Counted from the stretch's first letter, positions 1 through 9,965 are shown. The stretch: DNA of 64,000 nucleotides from Corynebacterium sp. (GCF_030532195.1 NZ_JAUNLP010000006.1:121211-185210), one strand, 5' to 3'. A program made the numbers and translations. The notes: generated by a model from the sequence alone, not told the origin.

Positions 1-973
1 GAACCATCACTTCGAAGACTACCAGGGCGCTGACGGGGTTCGATGGCAGCAAGAAGGTTGGAATCTTTTCGTCGCCGAGCAGACCAAAGCCCTGGACGGA
101 GCCTGGGTGCATGGCAATACGGGAAACATCGACTTCACCGAGTTCTGCGAGAACCCGGCGGATCTGCTCACCGGCCGCGCCGCCGACGGCACCGGTGATA
201 ACCAGCAACTCACTGCGAATCAGCTGGCCTTCTATGATTTCGCGAATACGACGCGGCTCACCAGTGGCGATGCCTACGCGGTGGACTTCCGCGCCCGCGT
301 CACGGCCAGCGGCAGCCAGCGCATAAGAGTTGACATCGTAAACCTGGCCGAGCCCCGGAGTGCGGTCGACATCGACCAGTTCGTTGCCGATGGAAATAAC
401 CGACATGCGAGGCTTCGGGTGCACAAGCACCTTGGAGCGCCCCACGGCTGCCAGCAGGCCCACCTGGGATGGGGAGATTACCGAATCCACAGATACGGCG
501 ACATCCCCCGGTTCCACATCCGCGCCGATTTTGCGCACGAAGTCTCCGGAATAGACGGGATGGAGGACATTGACGCGGCGTCCGCCACGGTCTGTCCAGT
601 TCAGCGGCACAACTGCGTCGGCAAGCGATGGCAGCGGCGCTCCAGTTTGCACGCGCACGGCCTGCTTGGGCTGCAGGCGCATCGGGTGATGAGAACCGGC
701 GGTGACTTCGCCGACAACGGGCAATTCAACTTCGCGGAAATCGACATCGGACTGGCGTACGTCCGGATGCAGTGAACCGGACTCACCGGTGATGTCGACA
801 GCGCGCACTGCGTAACCGTCAATGGCCGACTGCACGAACCCTGGCAGCGGCTGCTCTGCGATGACGTCCTCGGCGCACAACATGCCCAGCGATTCCGAAA
901 TAGCGACACGCACAGGATCAGGCATCACAGCGTGCGCGGTAATGGCCGCCAACTGTTCTTCCACAGAACGCAT
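1..973 (-). CDS. moeA: Molybdopterin molybdenumtransferase MoeA, N-terminal ~324 codons. The ORF runs off the left edge, so it is absent from the ORF track.
   Basis: Own translation from ATG at 973, with GAGGAAGG a few nt upstream: MRSVEEQLAAITAHAV...QPLPGFVQSAIDGYAVRA...SVISIGNELVD...LLVITGAVGG...PSNPVSALVVFE, the typical MoeA layout. galU-moeA adjacency matches M. tuberculosis Rv0993/Rv0994. Confidence 0.88.
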   Translation of the reverse strand, partial: MRSVEEQLAAITAHAVMPDPVRVAISESLGMLCAEDVIAEQPLPGFVQSAIDGYAVRAVDITGESGSLHPDVRQSDVDFREVELPVVGEVTAGSHHPMRLQPKQAVRVQTGAPLPSLADAVVPLNWTDRGGRRVNVLHPVYSGDFVRKIGADVEPGDVAVSVDSVISPSQVGLLAAVGRSKVLVHPKPRMSVISIGNELVDVDRTPGLGQVYDVNSYALAAAGRDAGAEVHRVGIATGEPRRIREIIEGQLIRSELLVITGAVGGAAGEQIRRVLAELGEVDVSRIAMHPGSVQGFGLLGDEKIPTFLLPSNPVSALVVFEVMV

Positions 974-1056
974 GTTTTACCTTCCTCGACACCCTCAATA
1001 ACCTTGTGGCTCGGTGCGCCTAAAGATTGTTGACCGTCTCTGCGACGGGCTGGTTT

Positions 1057-2013
1057 TTAAGCGTCGTCCGCCTGCGCCAGGCGCTGCTCCATGTATTCAC
1101 GCAGCCCCTCGCCGTAATCCGGATGCCTGAGTCCAAAGTCTACGCAAGCGCGGATGAAGCCACCAGGATTACCCAGGTCATGGCGGAATCCCTTGTGGAC
1201 GACCACATGTACCGGGTGGCCTTCCTGAATGAGCAGCTCAATGGCATCGGTGAGCTGGTACTCGCCGCCCTTGCCGCGTGGGATACGACGCAGCGCATCG
1301 AAAATTGCACGGTCGAGCAGATAACGCCCCACAGCTACGTAGTTAGAGGGAGCATCAGCGGGGTCCGGCTTTTCCACCATTCCCTTAACACGCTTGACGT
1401 CGGCAAATTCCTCATTGTCGGCCTCATCATCGCCGTGCTCTGGGGCCTCAATATCGAAGACGCCGTAGTTATAAACTTCCTCGTGCGGAATTTCCAGCGC
1501 GCACAGGACAGATCCACCATAGCGCTGACGAACCTCACGCATCCGGTCCATCACGCCGATTGGCAGCACCAAGTCATCGGGCAACATGACTGCCACGCAG
1601 TCTTCATCATCGTCTAACAAAGGCTCAGCGACCAGCACGGCATGGCCGAGCCCCAGCGGGCGGTCCTGAACGACCGACTCCACGCGAATAACCTCGGTCG
1701 CGCGGCGAACTTTCGCCGCAATCTTGTCCTTGCCGCGCTCATGCAGCGTCTGTTCCAGATCCGGCCGTGGATCAAAGTGCCCAAGCACACCATCCTTGCT
1801 GGGGGCGGTGACAATGGCCAATCGCTGCGCGCCTGCAGCCGCAGCTTCTTCAGCAATCATCTCGATACCGGGCGTGTCAACCACCGGCAACAGTTCCTTA
1901 GGCACTGTTTTCGTGGCAGGCAGGAAACGTGTTCCCATACCAGCCGCGGGAACAATTACAGTTCGAACTGGTGTCGACTTGTCCGACCCAGACTCTGTAG
2001 ACGATGAGACCAT
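1057..2013 (-). CDS. galU: UTP--glucose-1-phosphate uridylyltransferase
   Basis: Track ORF 1057..2094 carries VIVPAAGMGTRFLPATKTVPKELLPVVD and VEKP motifs. I prefer the internal ATG at 2013 (MVSSSTES...), which gives about 318 aa and leaves a divergent promoter gap. The start at 2094 is possible. Confidence 0.92.
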   Translation of the reverse strand: MVSSSTESGSDKSTPVRTVIVPAAGMGTRFLPATKTVPKELLPVVDTPGIEMIAEEAAAAGAQRLAIVTAPSKDGVLGHFDPRPDLEQTLHERGKDKIAAKVRRATEVIRVESVVQDRPLGLGHAVLVAEPLLDDDEDCVAVMLPDDLVLPIGVMDRMREVRQRYGGSVLCALEIPHEEVYNYGVFDIEAPEHGDDEADNEEFADVKRVKGMVEKPDPADAPSNYVAVGRYLLDRAIFDALRRIPRGKGGEYQLTDAIELLIQEGHPVHVVVHKGFRHDLGNPGGFIRACVDFGLRHPDYGEGLREYMEQRLAQADDA

Positions 2014-2122
2014 AAAGGCCACGATACCGATATAACTTCCGATTGTTCGGAGGCTGACCCCGCGTTGGTCAGCGTTTTGACCAAAAATTTTCATTCCCGC
2101 TTGTCAGCATCGACCGAGTAGG

Positions 2123-2797
2123 TTGGCAAGTATGGTCTCGCAACCCCAATCTGCCAGCTCCAAAGCCCACGCACGCAGTGAGTTACTCGCCGCTCGCGCC
2201 GCAAAGGAAATCCGTTCACGCACGCTTGACGACGAAGCCCTGGTTCAGCGTTTGCAAAGTTGGTTGGCCACTTCCGTCGGCGACCTTACTGAACCTGTTA
2301 TTGCCGCTTATGTCCCCGCCGGTGACGAGCCCGGCGCGACGCTTCCCGGCGAAAATACCGGCCAGGGGTTTGTAGACCACCTAGTCAGCGCCATTGCGAA
2401 CGCTCGACTGATGTTGCCCGTCTGCCCACTCGGTGCCCCACAACCGCTGCGTTGGGGCTACTACACCGGGACACTGCGCAAAGGAAGGTTCGGGTTACTA
2501 GAACCGGTGCCTGCTGATTCAGCTTTTGCACCAGGGGAATTGGAACAGGCTGATGCCATTATTTTGCCGGCACTGGCAGCTGATCCTGTCACAGGTATGC
2601 GACTGGGGCGCGGAGCTGGCTATTACGATCGGAGCCTGGTTTTTGCCCGGCGCGAGGAATCTGCCGCGCATCCTGCAGCAATTGCGGTTGTGGTATTTGA
2701 TGAGGAACTGCGCGAGGGCCTTGCTTTCGACACCCACGATATCCCGGCGGATTTTGTGATTACCCCCTCTGCGATTAGAAGGACTCAGGTTCACTAG
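2123..2797 (+). CDS. 5-formyltetrahydrofolate cyclo-ligase
   Basis: C-terminal ILPALAADPVTGMRLGRGAGYYDRSL motif of the 5-FCL family. It sits next to galU, as Rv0992c does. The track start is TTG at 2123; ATG at 2132 is an alternative. Confidence 0.82.
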   Translation: MASMVSQPQSASSKAHARSELLAARAAKEIRSRTLDDEALVQRLQSWLATSVGDLTEPVIAAYVPAGDEPGATLPGENTGQGFVDHLVSAIANARLMLPVCPLGAPQPLRWGYYTGTLRKGRFGLLEPVPADSAFAPGELEQADAIILPALAADPVTGMRLGRGAGYYDRSLVFARREESAAHPAAIAVVVFDEELREGLAFDTHDIPADFVITPSAIRRTQVH

Positions 2798-2855
2798 CTG
2801 CGCTTAAGGGAAAATTCAATGGAACCGTTTGGGCATTTTTCGCGCCTAACCCTAT

Positions 2856-3476
2856 ATGAGCCTAAATTTTTCCAATCAGACTTTTTCTTTCCAGCGATTC
2901 CGCAGGCTTCGGCCAACAACTATTCGCCGCATTATTGCTCTGCTCATTTGCGTGTGTGCGCTCGGCCTTGCACTTTCTGAGTCACTTCGCCCACGCAGCG
3001 GCTACATCCGAGTGGTAGTTGGTGCCAAGGCAGTTGCCGCGGGCCACACCTTGGCAGAGGGCGACGTGACCGTAAAGGAGTTTCCTCGGGAATTGGTTCC
3101 CGCCACTGCAGTTACTGAACTTGCGGATGCAGCGGGTCGCACGCTTGCCATTGGCATGTCCGCTGGTGAGATTCTTACGGAGCAGCGCATGGTCGGCCCG
3201 TCGCTGGCTGGGGCGCTGACCGGAACGTCGGAAAGCAAAATCATTGCCATTACCCTGGCTGATGCCGGCATTGTCTCGGCGCTGCGCACGGGCGACAGCG
3301 TCGATATTGTCTCTACCGCGTCGGAGAGTGGTGCCGCTGCGCCACTAGCGCACGGTGCGAGAGTGGTCAACATTGTTGAAGACGAGGTGGTGTTGGTGGC
3401 GTTGCCTGCAGGTGCTGCAGAAGTTGTCGCGGCGACGTCCTTAACCTCTCCACTAACACTGTTACTGGCGGGATAG
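2856..3476 (+). CDS. SAF-domain membrane-anchored protein (CpaB/RcpC-like N-terminus), function unknown
   Basis: N-terminal TM helix (IIALLICVCALGLAL) followed by a SAF-like segment (VVVGAKAVAAGHTLAEGDVTVKEFP...GRTLAIGMSAGEILTEQ). Confidence 0.6.
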   Translation: MSLNFSNQTFSFQRFRRLRPTTIRRIIALLICVCALGLALSESLRPRSGYIRVVVGAKAVAAGHTLAEGDVTVKEFPRELVPATAVTELADAAGRTLAIGMSAGEILTEQRMVGPSLAGALTGTSESKIIAITLADAGIVSALRTGDSVDIVSTASESGAAAPLAHGARVVNIVEDEVVLVALPAGAAEVVAATSLTSPLTLLLAG

Positions 3477-3541
3477 TGACTTAAATCTCACTAGATCCCT
3501 ACCTAGAACCTACTGACCAGCGACAATACACTTTCGTTGAA

Positions 3542-3570
3542 TTTCACAACAAATGTGGAACGGTTATAAT
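3542..3570 (+). promoter_or_regulatory. Candidate sigma-A promoter of mscL (-35 TTTCAC 3542-3547, 17-nt spacer, -10 TATAAT 3565-3570)
   Basis: Perfect TATAAT hexamer 39 nt upstream of the mscL ATG, in an AT-rich gap. AAAGGA RBS at 3595-3600. Confidence 0.4.
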
Positions 3571-3608
3571 AGGTAAGTACAATTCAAGTCCACAAAAGGA
3601 TAAATCAC

Positions 3609-4025
3609 ATGCTCAAGGGCTTTAAAGACTTCATCATGCGTGGCAACGTCATCGACCTGGCAGTCGGTGTTGTCATCGGTGCTGCGTTCACTGCTATCGT
3701 CACTGCATTCACCGATAGCCTGCTCGAGCCACTGCTCAATGCCATCGGCGGCGCAGAGGTGACCGGCCTTGGCTTCCATATCATCCCCGGCAACGATGCT
3801 ACCTACCTGGACTTCGCTGCTGTTATCACCGCAATCATCAACTTCCTGCTTGTTGCAGCCGTGGTCTACTTCGTCATCGTGGCTCCAATGAACAAATTCA
3901 ATGAGATGCGTGAAGCGCGTCTGTCCACTCCGGCAGAGCCGGAGGTCACCGAGGCTGATCTGCTGACCGAGATTCGTGACCTGCTCGCAGAGCAGAACGG
4001 CAAGTCCAACAAGGAACTCAATTAG
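3609..4025 (+). CDS. mscL: Large-conductance mechanosensitive channel
   Basis: MLKGFKDFIMRGNVIDLAVGVVIGAAFTAIV... is the canonical MscL N-terminus. 138 aa, two TM helices. Confidence 0.96.
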   Translation: MLKGFKDFIMRGNVIDLAVGVVIGAAFTAIVTAFTDSLLEPLLNAIGGAEVTGLGFHIIPGNDATYLDFAAVITAIINFLLVAAVVYFVIVAPMNKFNEMREARLSTPAEPEVTEADLLTEIRDLLAEQNGKSNKELN

Positions 4026-4045
4026 TCGGTAATTGCCGCTAGTGA

Positions 4046-4097
4046 AAAATGCGGGTGACACTCAGTTAGTTGAGTGCCACCCGCATTTGTCGTTTTT
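4046..4097 (+). terminator. Rho-independent terminator after mscL (bidirectional context)
   Basis: 17-bp stem AATGCGGGTGACACTCA (4048-4064) / TGAGTGCCACCCGCATT (4071-4087) with one mismatch, followed by TGTCGTTTTT. Confidence 0.8.
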
Positions 4098-4126
4098 ATT
4101 GGTATTCTCCGCCCCGTTCCCCGGCG

Positions 4127-4339
4127 CTAGCCCCAATGCGGCGGTCGCTGGCTTGCCCAGTAGTCCGCATCAAATCCACGTGCGTCCTCCGGTGACTCAT
4201 CGTGGTAGGTCACCGCGCTCGCAGATTTCTTACCGGCCTTACGCGCGAAATTCTTCGCCGGTGCGCCCGCGCGGCGTCGCTGCCGGCGACCGCGCGATGG
4301 AGCCGACTGTGGCTCAGGACTACCCTGATCATCACTCAT
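4127..4339 (-). CDS. Small Arg-rich hypothetical protein (70 aa), translationally coupled to moaB
   Basis: Its ATG overlaps the moaB stop (ATGAGTGA). Codon usage looks coding. There is no recognisable domain. Confidence 0.45.
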   Translation of the reverse strand: MSDDQGSPEPQSAPSRGRRQRRRAGAPAKNFARKAGKKSASAVTYHDESPEDARGFDADYWASQRPPHWG

Positions 4340-4880
4340 AGCTGCACCGACTCAAATCCTCAATGACATGAGCGACCAGCGGAAGAATGGTGGCCATACC
4401 ATCGCGAACTGCTGGGCGGGACTCCGCCAGATTGATGATGACCGTCTGCCCCGACACGCCTGCCAACCCACGAGAAAGACCGGCATCGAGAATGCCAGCG
4501 CCCATACCCGAGCTACGAACTGCCTGCTCAATGCCCTGAAGGCGCACGTCCAGGACCTTTCGCGTCGCATCCGGAGTCTTCGCGCGCGGGCCAACTCCAA
4601 CTCCACCAAGCGTGACGACGAGATCTGCGCCACCGACTACTGCGGTGTCCAGGGCCTTGCGAATCTCCCGCTTCGCTGCAACAGTGCTGACTACGGCATC
4701 GACGGAGTAGCCGGCCTCTTCCAGGAGCTCGACCATGAGCGAAGATGCAGCATCCGGCTCATCGAAGTGATCGCCCACCAGCACAACAAAGGCGTTGCGC
4801 ACGTGGTCGTTGCCATTAATCAGCTGTTCCATCTCGGCGAGGTTGGCGTCACTCGGCTCGGTGCTAACGGTTTCGCTCAT
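4332..4880 (-). CDS. moaB: Molybdenum cofactor biosynthesis protein B (MogA/MoaB family)
   Basis: DLVVTLGGVGVGPRAKTPDATRKVLD core. Same position as Rv0984 moaB2, between pepD and mscL. I chose the start at internal ATG 4880 (MSETVSTEP...); the track ORF extends to 4967. Confidence 0.85.
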   Translation of the reverse strand: MSETVSTEPSDANLAEMEQLINGNDHVRNAFVVLVGDHFDEPDAASSLMVELLEEAGYSVDAVVSTVAAKREIRKALDTAVVGGADLVVTLGGVGVGPRAKTPDATRKVLDVRLQGIEQAVRSSGMGAGILDAGLSRGLAGVSGQTVIINLAESRPAVRDGMATILPLVAHVIEDLSRCSYE

Positions 4881-4970
4881 CTGCTCTATCTCACTTTCTC
4901 CCACGGTATTTCGACCGAAAGCTATCTCAAATAAGGGGAAGCACAGGGCATCAATCCCCACAATCAATGA

Positions 4971-6275
4971 CTAATTCGGCGCCTCCGCCAAAGTGACATC
5001 GATTGTTCGCTCGTTGCCACCTCGCTCATCTGTAACTGTAAGTGTGACAGAATCACCGATCCGATGCGACCGGATAGCCGCGATTAGGGCCACGCCGTTG
5101 TCAAGTGTGCGGTCATCCAACTTGGTGATGACATCTCCACGCTTCAGACCAGCTTTGTCAGCAGGACCATCTGGAGTTACTTCTCGCACCAGCGCGCCAC
5201 GGGTAATCGGACGCGTATCAATCTGCGCTCCAATCACCGGCATCCGCGCATTGCCAGTGTCAATCAGATCCTCAGCGATTCGACGAGCCTGGTCGATTGG
5301 AATTGCAAATCCCAGACCAATGCTGCCTGCCTGTTCATTGCCAGTGGTATTAGAAGCAATCACGCTGGGCACACCAATGAGATTTCCTTCCATATCCACC
5401 AGCGCGCCACCAGAGTTACCGGGGTTAATTGCGGCATCAGTCTGAATTGCATCAATCACCGAAGACTGACCATCTTCGCCCTGAGTCGAGACCGGACGGT
5501 TCTTCGCCGAGACAATGCCCTGTGTCACGGTGGAAGTCAGACCGAGTGGCGAGCCTACCGCCACTACTTCCTGACCAACCTGCACTTGAGCAGAATTGCC
5601 CAGCGAGATTGGTCGCAAGCCGTTGACACCTTCAATTCGAATGACGGCAATGTCAGTGGAAGCGTCACCGGCGACCAGCTTGGCGGGGTGAGTTGTACCG
5701 TCGGAAAGCAATACCTCCATCTCACCGCCCTGCTCAGCGCCTGCGACGACGTGATTATTCGTCAGCACCAAACCATCGGAGGACAAAATCGACCCCGAGC
5801 CAGAGGCCATCCCCTGGCCAGTGACGGTGGTGATGGAAACGACGCTGGGCAGTACCTTTTGTGCGACCTTTTCCACGGAGCCGTCGGCGGCGGCGACCTG
5901 GCGGGTCTCGGCCGGTTTATCCAGCGCGTTATTACTAGCGACTTCCGGCTGCGAGCGACTTGCCATCCATGCGCCAGCGCCGCCGCCAATGGCCGCTGAG
6001 CACACCACAAGCGCAGCTACGGCCAAAGCGCTAAGCCCCTTACCACGTGGCTTCGACTTTCCGTGGCCGCCTGGATTCGACGGCGCACCACCATAGGCTT
6101 CATACTGCGGCATTGCCGTGGTGAAGCGGGGGTCCTCCCAACCGCTGCCGGCGGTAGCGAATTGATTCGTGGAATCAGTACTCGCCTCAGCCCGGTTCCC
6201 GCTGAAGTCTCGGGAGTACGGGGAATTCTGTCCCAGCGGTTCTCCCTGCGAGGAATCGTTGAAAGAATTGCTCAT
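4971..6275 (-). CDS. pepD: HtrA/PepD-type S1C serine protease with C-terminal PDZ domain
   Basis: TNNHVV (His), DIAVIRI (Asp) and GNSGGALV (Ser) catalytic motifs, a TM anchor and a PDZ-like tail. It lies downstream of mprAB, as Rv0983 does. I prefer the start at ATG 6275 (MSNSFND); the alternative is 6305. Confidence 0.9.
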   Translation of the reverse strand: MSNSFNDSSQGEPLGQNSPYSRDFSGNRAEASTDSTNQFATAGSGWEDPRFTTAMPQYEAYGGAPSNPGGHGKSKPRGKGLSALAVAALVVCSAAIGGGAGAWMASRSQPEVASNNALDKPAETRQVAAADGSVEKVAQKVLPSVVSITTVTGQGMASGSGSILSSDGLVLTNNHVVAGAEQGGEMEVLLSDGTTHPAKLVAGDASTDIAVIRIEGVNGLRPISLGNSAQVQVGQEVVAVGSPLGLTSTVTQGIVSAKNRPVSTQGEDGQSSVIDAIQTDAAINPGNSGGALVDMEGNLIGVPSVIASNTTGNEQAGSIGLGFAIPIDQARRIAEDLIDTGNARMPVIGAQIDTRPITRGALVREVTPDGPADKAGLKRGDVITKLDDRTLDNGVALIAAIRSHRIGDSVTLTVTDERGGNERTIDVTLAEAPN

Positions 6276-6339
6276 ACGTAACACCTTGCACTGTCTGACT
6301 GACAATTCCCTGAGAACAATCTGCAGTCTGTCCGATAAT

Positions 6340-6400
6340 TCTCAAAATAAAACAGTGATTCCCCGCATCACACGACCTAAAGGTCGTGTGATGCGGGGAA
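6340..6400 (-). terminator. Strong rho-independent terminator after mprB
   Basis: Perfect 19-bp stem 6359-6377 / 6382-6400 with a 4-nt loop. On the minus strand it is followed by TCACTGTTTTATTTTGA. Confidence 0.85.
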
Positions 6401-6445
6401 AACATGGTTTTTGGATTTGCCCGAATCAGTCCGAACTAGTCGTCT

Positions 6446-8044
6446 CTATTTGCCCCTGGGCGCAGAATCACCGTCTTCGGGATGCGCCTGCGTGCCCAAT
6501 TGATTCTTTTCCGGCTCGTGACCGCTATTTGCGCTACCCGGCAGCGTCACACGCATCAGCGCACCGCCATCATCGGATTCATCGACAGTGATAGTTCCGC
6601 CATGGCGCACAATTACCGACTTCACAATTGCCAAGCCCAGACCAGAGCCCGGCATGGATCGCGACTGAATCGACCGGTAGAAGCGCTCAAAGACCTTTTC
6701 CCGATCTTCCTTCGGAATACCCGGACCGGAATCCGCCACCGTAAACTCGGCGACGACTTCGCTAATTGGCCGCAGCCGAATTCGCACCGTGCCATTTTCC
6801 GGCGACCACTTGGCAGCATTGTCCATCAGGTTCAAAATCGCACGCCCCAGCCCCGCCGGATCGCCATAGACGTACCACGGCTGAGCCTGCACATCGAAGG
6901 TCAAGTCTGGGCGACGACGCTCAATACGCGTCAGCGATTCCGAAATCACCTCGCCGACATCGACGTGCTCAATGACCTGCTGCGGACCATCTTCACGAGC
7001 TAGATCAACCAGATCTCCGACCAGTGTCGACAGCTCTTCGAGCTGTGCAATCACATCGGCTTCCAGGTCAGCGCGATCCTCATCGGAAATGGTGGTACCA
7101 GACCGCGATGCCATCATCAATAGCTCAATATTCGTGCGTAACGACGTCAGCGGAGTCTTCAACTCATGGCCGGCATCAGCAACCAACTCAGCCTGCTTCG
7201 TACGCGATGCCTGCAGTGCCGCCAGCATCTCATTGAAGCTGCGCGTAAAGCGAGCTAGCTCATCATCGCCCTCAACCGGAATCGGCCGCAGTTCATCGGT
7301 TGCGGCCACCCGCTCAGCGGCAATGCGCAACCGTGTCACCGGCCGCAGGCCCGTAGTCGCAACCGTGATGCCAGCACCAATGGCAAAGAGCACACCAATG
7401 GCTGAGATACTCAGCAGGACTGCACCCAGCGCCTTGAGGATTGACTGCGTTGAGCTCAAATCTTGAGCCAGGATCAGCGTCGCGCCATTGGGGTCACGAA
7501 TCGCAAAAATGCGGCGACCGTTGTATTCATCAGTACGAATAGACTCAGCGCGATTACCCCGCAGCACTGCCAACTCAGGGCCACCAATGGAAATCGTGTC
7601 TCCCCTACCGGTGACGCTTCCCTGTGCAAAGTAGACAGCATCTAAGTCAGGATTGAGAATCTTCAGCGACTCTGCCGAGAACGACGGGCCGATAGCAAAC
7701 TCGGACGCGTACGGGGAATTGAGCAACTGAGTGGCCTGATTACGCAAGTTATTATCCACTTCGCGGTACAGCGTTGCCTGCACTGTAAAGAACGCAGCTA
7801 GCGTCATCAATCCCACCGATGCCGCCACGATGAGCGCCGTCAGAATTGTCAGCCGCCAACGCAGTGACGGGATTCGCGAACGCCGCGGCAGGTCGGCAAC
7901 ATCCGACCACTCCTCCGCGTCCGTTTCTTGGGTTTGCCCTTGCTTTCCGACGGTGCTTTGCCCCGCAGCGGCCTTCGCCTTCGAGGCCGAACGCTGTTCT
8001 GATTGCGCGCCACCGCCGGTCGAACGACGACGGCGCAACATCAC
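6446..8044 (-). CDS. mprB: Two-component sensor histidine kinase (HAMP-HisKA-HATPase)
   Basis: H-box [23 protein letters not shown] boxes ([24 protein letters not shown]) and two TM segments. 4-bp ATGA overlap with the response regulator gene. Confidence 0.88.
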   Translation of the reverse strand: MMLRRRRSTGGGAQSEQRSASKAKAAAGQSTVGKQGQTQETDAEEWSDVADLPRRSRIPSLRWRLTILTALIVAASVGLMTLAAFFTVQATLYREVDNNLRNQATQLLNSPYASEFAIGPSFSAESLKILNPDLDAVYFAQGSVTGRGDTISIGGPELAVLRGNRAESIRTDEYNGRRIFAIRDPNGATLILAQDLSSTQSILKALGAVLLSISAIGVLFAIGAGITVATTGLRPVTRLRIAAERVAATDELRPIPVEGDDELARFTRSFNEMLAALQASRTKQAELVADAGHELKTPLTSLRTNIELLMMASRSGTTISDEDRADLEADVIAQLEELSTLVGDLVDLAREDGPQQVIEHVDVGEVISESLTRIERRRPDLTFDVQAQPWYVYGDPAGLGRAILNLMDNAAKWSPENGTVRIRLRPISEVVAEFTVADSGPGIPKEDREKVFERFYRSIQSRSMPGSGLGLAIVKSVIVRHGGTITVDESDDGGALMRVTLPGSANSGHEPEKNQLGTQAHPEDGDSAPRGK

Positions 8045-8733
8045 GGTGCGGTCTCCCGCATCACATAGCCGACACCACGGACGGTATGAATCAGACGAGG
8101 CTCCCCTTCGGCCTCTGTCTTACGGCGCAGGTAGCCGATGTAGACCTCCAGCGCATTGCCGGAAGTTGGGAAGTCGTAGCCCCAGACATCTTCCAGAATG
8201 GCGGTACGCGACAGCACGCGACGCGGGTTGCTCATCAGCAGCTCCAGCAGCGCGAACTCCGTGCGGGTCAGGCTAATACGGCGGTCACCGCGGAATACCT
8301 CGCGTGTCTCCGGATCCAGGGACAGGTCCTCAAACTGCAGCGTGGTGGCATCTTCAGCAACCGACACTTCCAGCGCCGCGCGCCGCAGCAGCGAACGCAC
8401 GCGAGCGAGAAGCTCCTCCAGCGCAAAGGGCTTTGGCAGGTAGTCATCCGCGCCAGCGTCCAGGCCAGCGACGCGCTCAGAAACCGAGTCGCGTGCGGTC
8501 AGCATCATAATCGGCAAATCATCGCCCTCGCTGCGCAGACGACGGCACACATCGAGGCCATCAATCTTGGGCATCATGACATCCAAAATGGCCAAATCCG
8601 GGCGGTCCTTTTCAATCTTTTCCAGGGCCTCTTCGCCGTCTTCAGCCAAATCAACGGTGTAGCCGTTGAATGTCAACGAACGCCGCAGTGCCTCGCGCAC
8701 CGCCTGATCGTCATCAACTACCAAAATCTTCAT
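8041..8733 (-). CDS. mprA: OmpR-family response regulator
   Basis: [16 protein letters not shown]...[15 protein letters not shown] receiver domain plus a winged-helix output ([12 protein letters not shown]...IHTVRGVGY). Confidence 0.9.
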   Translation of the reverse strand: MKILVVDDDQAVREALRRSLTFNGYTVDLAEDGEEALEKIEKDRPDLAILDVMMPKIDGLDVCRRLRSEGDDLPIMMLTARDSVSERVAGLDAGADDYLPKPFALEELLARVRSLLRRAALEVSVAEDATTLQFEDLSLDPETREVFRGDRRISLTRTEFALLELLMSNPRRVLSRTAILEDVWGYDFPTSGNALEVYIGYLRRKTEAEGEPRLIHTVRGVGYVMRETAP

Positions 8734-8766
8734 ACTGTCTATTGTGCCTTGAAAAGATAAGGCGAG

Positions 8767-8796
8767 TGTGAAAGCGACACATATTCTTTGTGAGAG
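8767..8796 (-). promoter_or_regulatory. Direct repeat TGTGAAAG / TGTGAGAG (22-bp phasing) upstream of mprA; candidate autoregulation site
   Basis: The two 8-mers at 8767-8774 and 8789-8796 lie 34-63 bp upstream of the mprA ATG. OmpR-type regulators typically bind phased direct repeats. Confidence 0.25.
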
Positions 8797-8850
8797 TGTT
8801 CAGCACCTCACTTATCGCTCACCTGGGTACCCCTGGCCCAAGGCCGAATA

Positions 8851-8898
8851 AAAAACCTCACCCGCATCACCAAGCGAGGTAATACGGGTGAGGTTTTT
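8851..8898 (-). terminator. Terminator after rpmE2-rpmF
   Basis: 14-bp stem AAAAACCTCACCCG / CGGGTGAGGTTTTT with U-tracts on both strands. Confidence 0.75.
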
Positions 8899-8962
8899 AA
8901 AAAAGCTCTTTTAAATCGTTCCTTGCAAAAATGAGGAACGCAATAGCCGGTTGGGGCGCGCC

Positions 8963-9136
8963 TTAGAACTTCTCGACGTCGACCAGGCCGAGCTGAGCAG
9001 CCTTGGCGATACGACGAGGAACCATGTAGGAACGGCCGTTGACCTTAACTTCCTGGAGAGCAACATTGTTGCTCTTCCACTGAGAACGACGTGCGTGGGT
9101 GTTAGCACGCGACATACGACGCTTCGGTGTTGCCAT
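8963..9136 (-). CDS. rpmF: 50S ribosomal protein L32 (57 aa, no Cys)
   Basis: Own translation: [66 protein letters not shown] upstream. Under 60 aa, so not in the ORF track. Confidence 0.9.
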   Translation of the reverse strand: MATPKRRMSRANTHARRSQWKSNNVALQEVKVNGRSYMVPRRIAKAAQLGLVDVEKF

Positions 9137-9157
9137 TGTGGATTTCCCCTCCTGTCC

Positions 9158-9424
9158 TTAGTTCTTCTTCGCGCGGCGAATGCGGTTACCGTAACGACGC
9201 TGGAACTTCTCGACGCGACCAGCGGTGTCCATGACACGCTGAGCACCGGTCCAGAACGGGTGCGACTCGCTGGTGACGTCAACGACGATCAGCGGGTACT
9301 CGTTACCGTCTTCCCACTCGACAGTGCGGTCGGAGGTTGCGGTGGAACGGGTAAGGAAAGAGTGACCCGTGCTTGCGTCCTTGAATACCACTGGGTGGTA
9401 ATCAGGATGGATGTCCTTCTTCAT
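9158..9424 (-). CDS. rpmE2: 50S ribosomal protein L31 type B (zinc-independent)
   Basis: [16 protein letters not shown]...HPFWTG. It lacks the CxxC pair of type A L31. Confidence 0.92.
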   Translation of the reverse strand: MKKDIHPDYHPVVFKDASTGHSFLTRSTATSDRTVEWEDGNEYPLIVVDVTSESHPFWTGAQRVMDTAGRVEKFQRRYGNRIRRAKKN

Positions 9425-9965
9425 TAAATCTCGTTTCCCTCAGGATTGAACTTCAGGTCGCTTTCGCCCGGCACCATAGTTAAAGGTGCGACGAATCGTG
9501 CCTGAGTTGGGTACGAATACGACTTACAAATGACACGCACCAGGTAAAGAATCTGCGCCAGTGGCTGCATTTTCTAGGAACCGGCATGTGACACTCGTGC
9601 AGATATTACAGGGTCAACGCGGAAAAATAAAAAAGGACGAGGACGCGCCGCTACGGTCGTCGTTAAGCAAAAGCGTACGAGGCGCGGTAAAGTACGAGAC
9701 CAGAGTTTAAATATTCGCACGTTGAGCGGAGAGCTAAACCGAGTTTTAGGCTACGTCGATTACTAAGACTAATAGGCATCGCTTCCTGTACAGGACCAGC
9801 GATTAGGTAAACACGCCTGTCGTGTGTAAACTGTTTTTTCGCTGTTGTCTAGTTATTCGTTTACGCGCTCAGCGTCGAATGTCAATGGGCAGCGCCCCGG
9901 TGAGCTAACCGGCGTGGCGCGCCAATTGCGTCGGCATTGGGCGGCAAGGAAGCAAAGGAATCCCT

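Noticed and set aside
107-775. 222-aa plus-strand ORF at the left edge
   Set aside because: The opposite strand encodes an open-ended MoeA homologue with clear family motifs, so this is its shadow.
9425-9965. Zur box between the C-minus ribosomal protein operons
   Set aside because: There is no AT-rich 10-1-10-type palindrome resembling actinobacterial Zur operators. I kept the absence itself as a finding instead.
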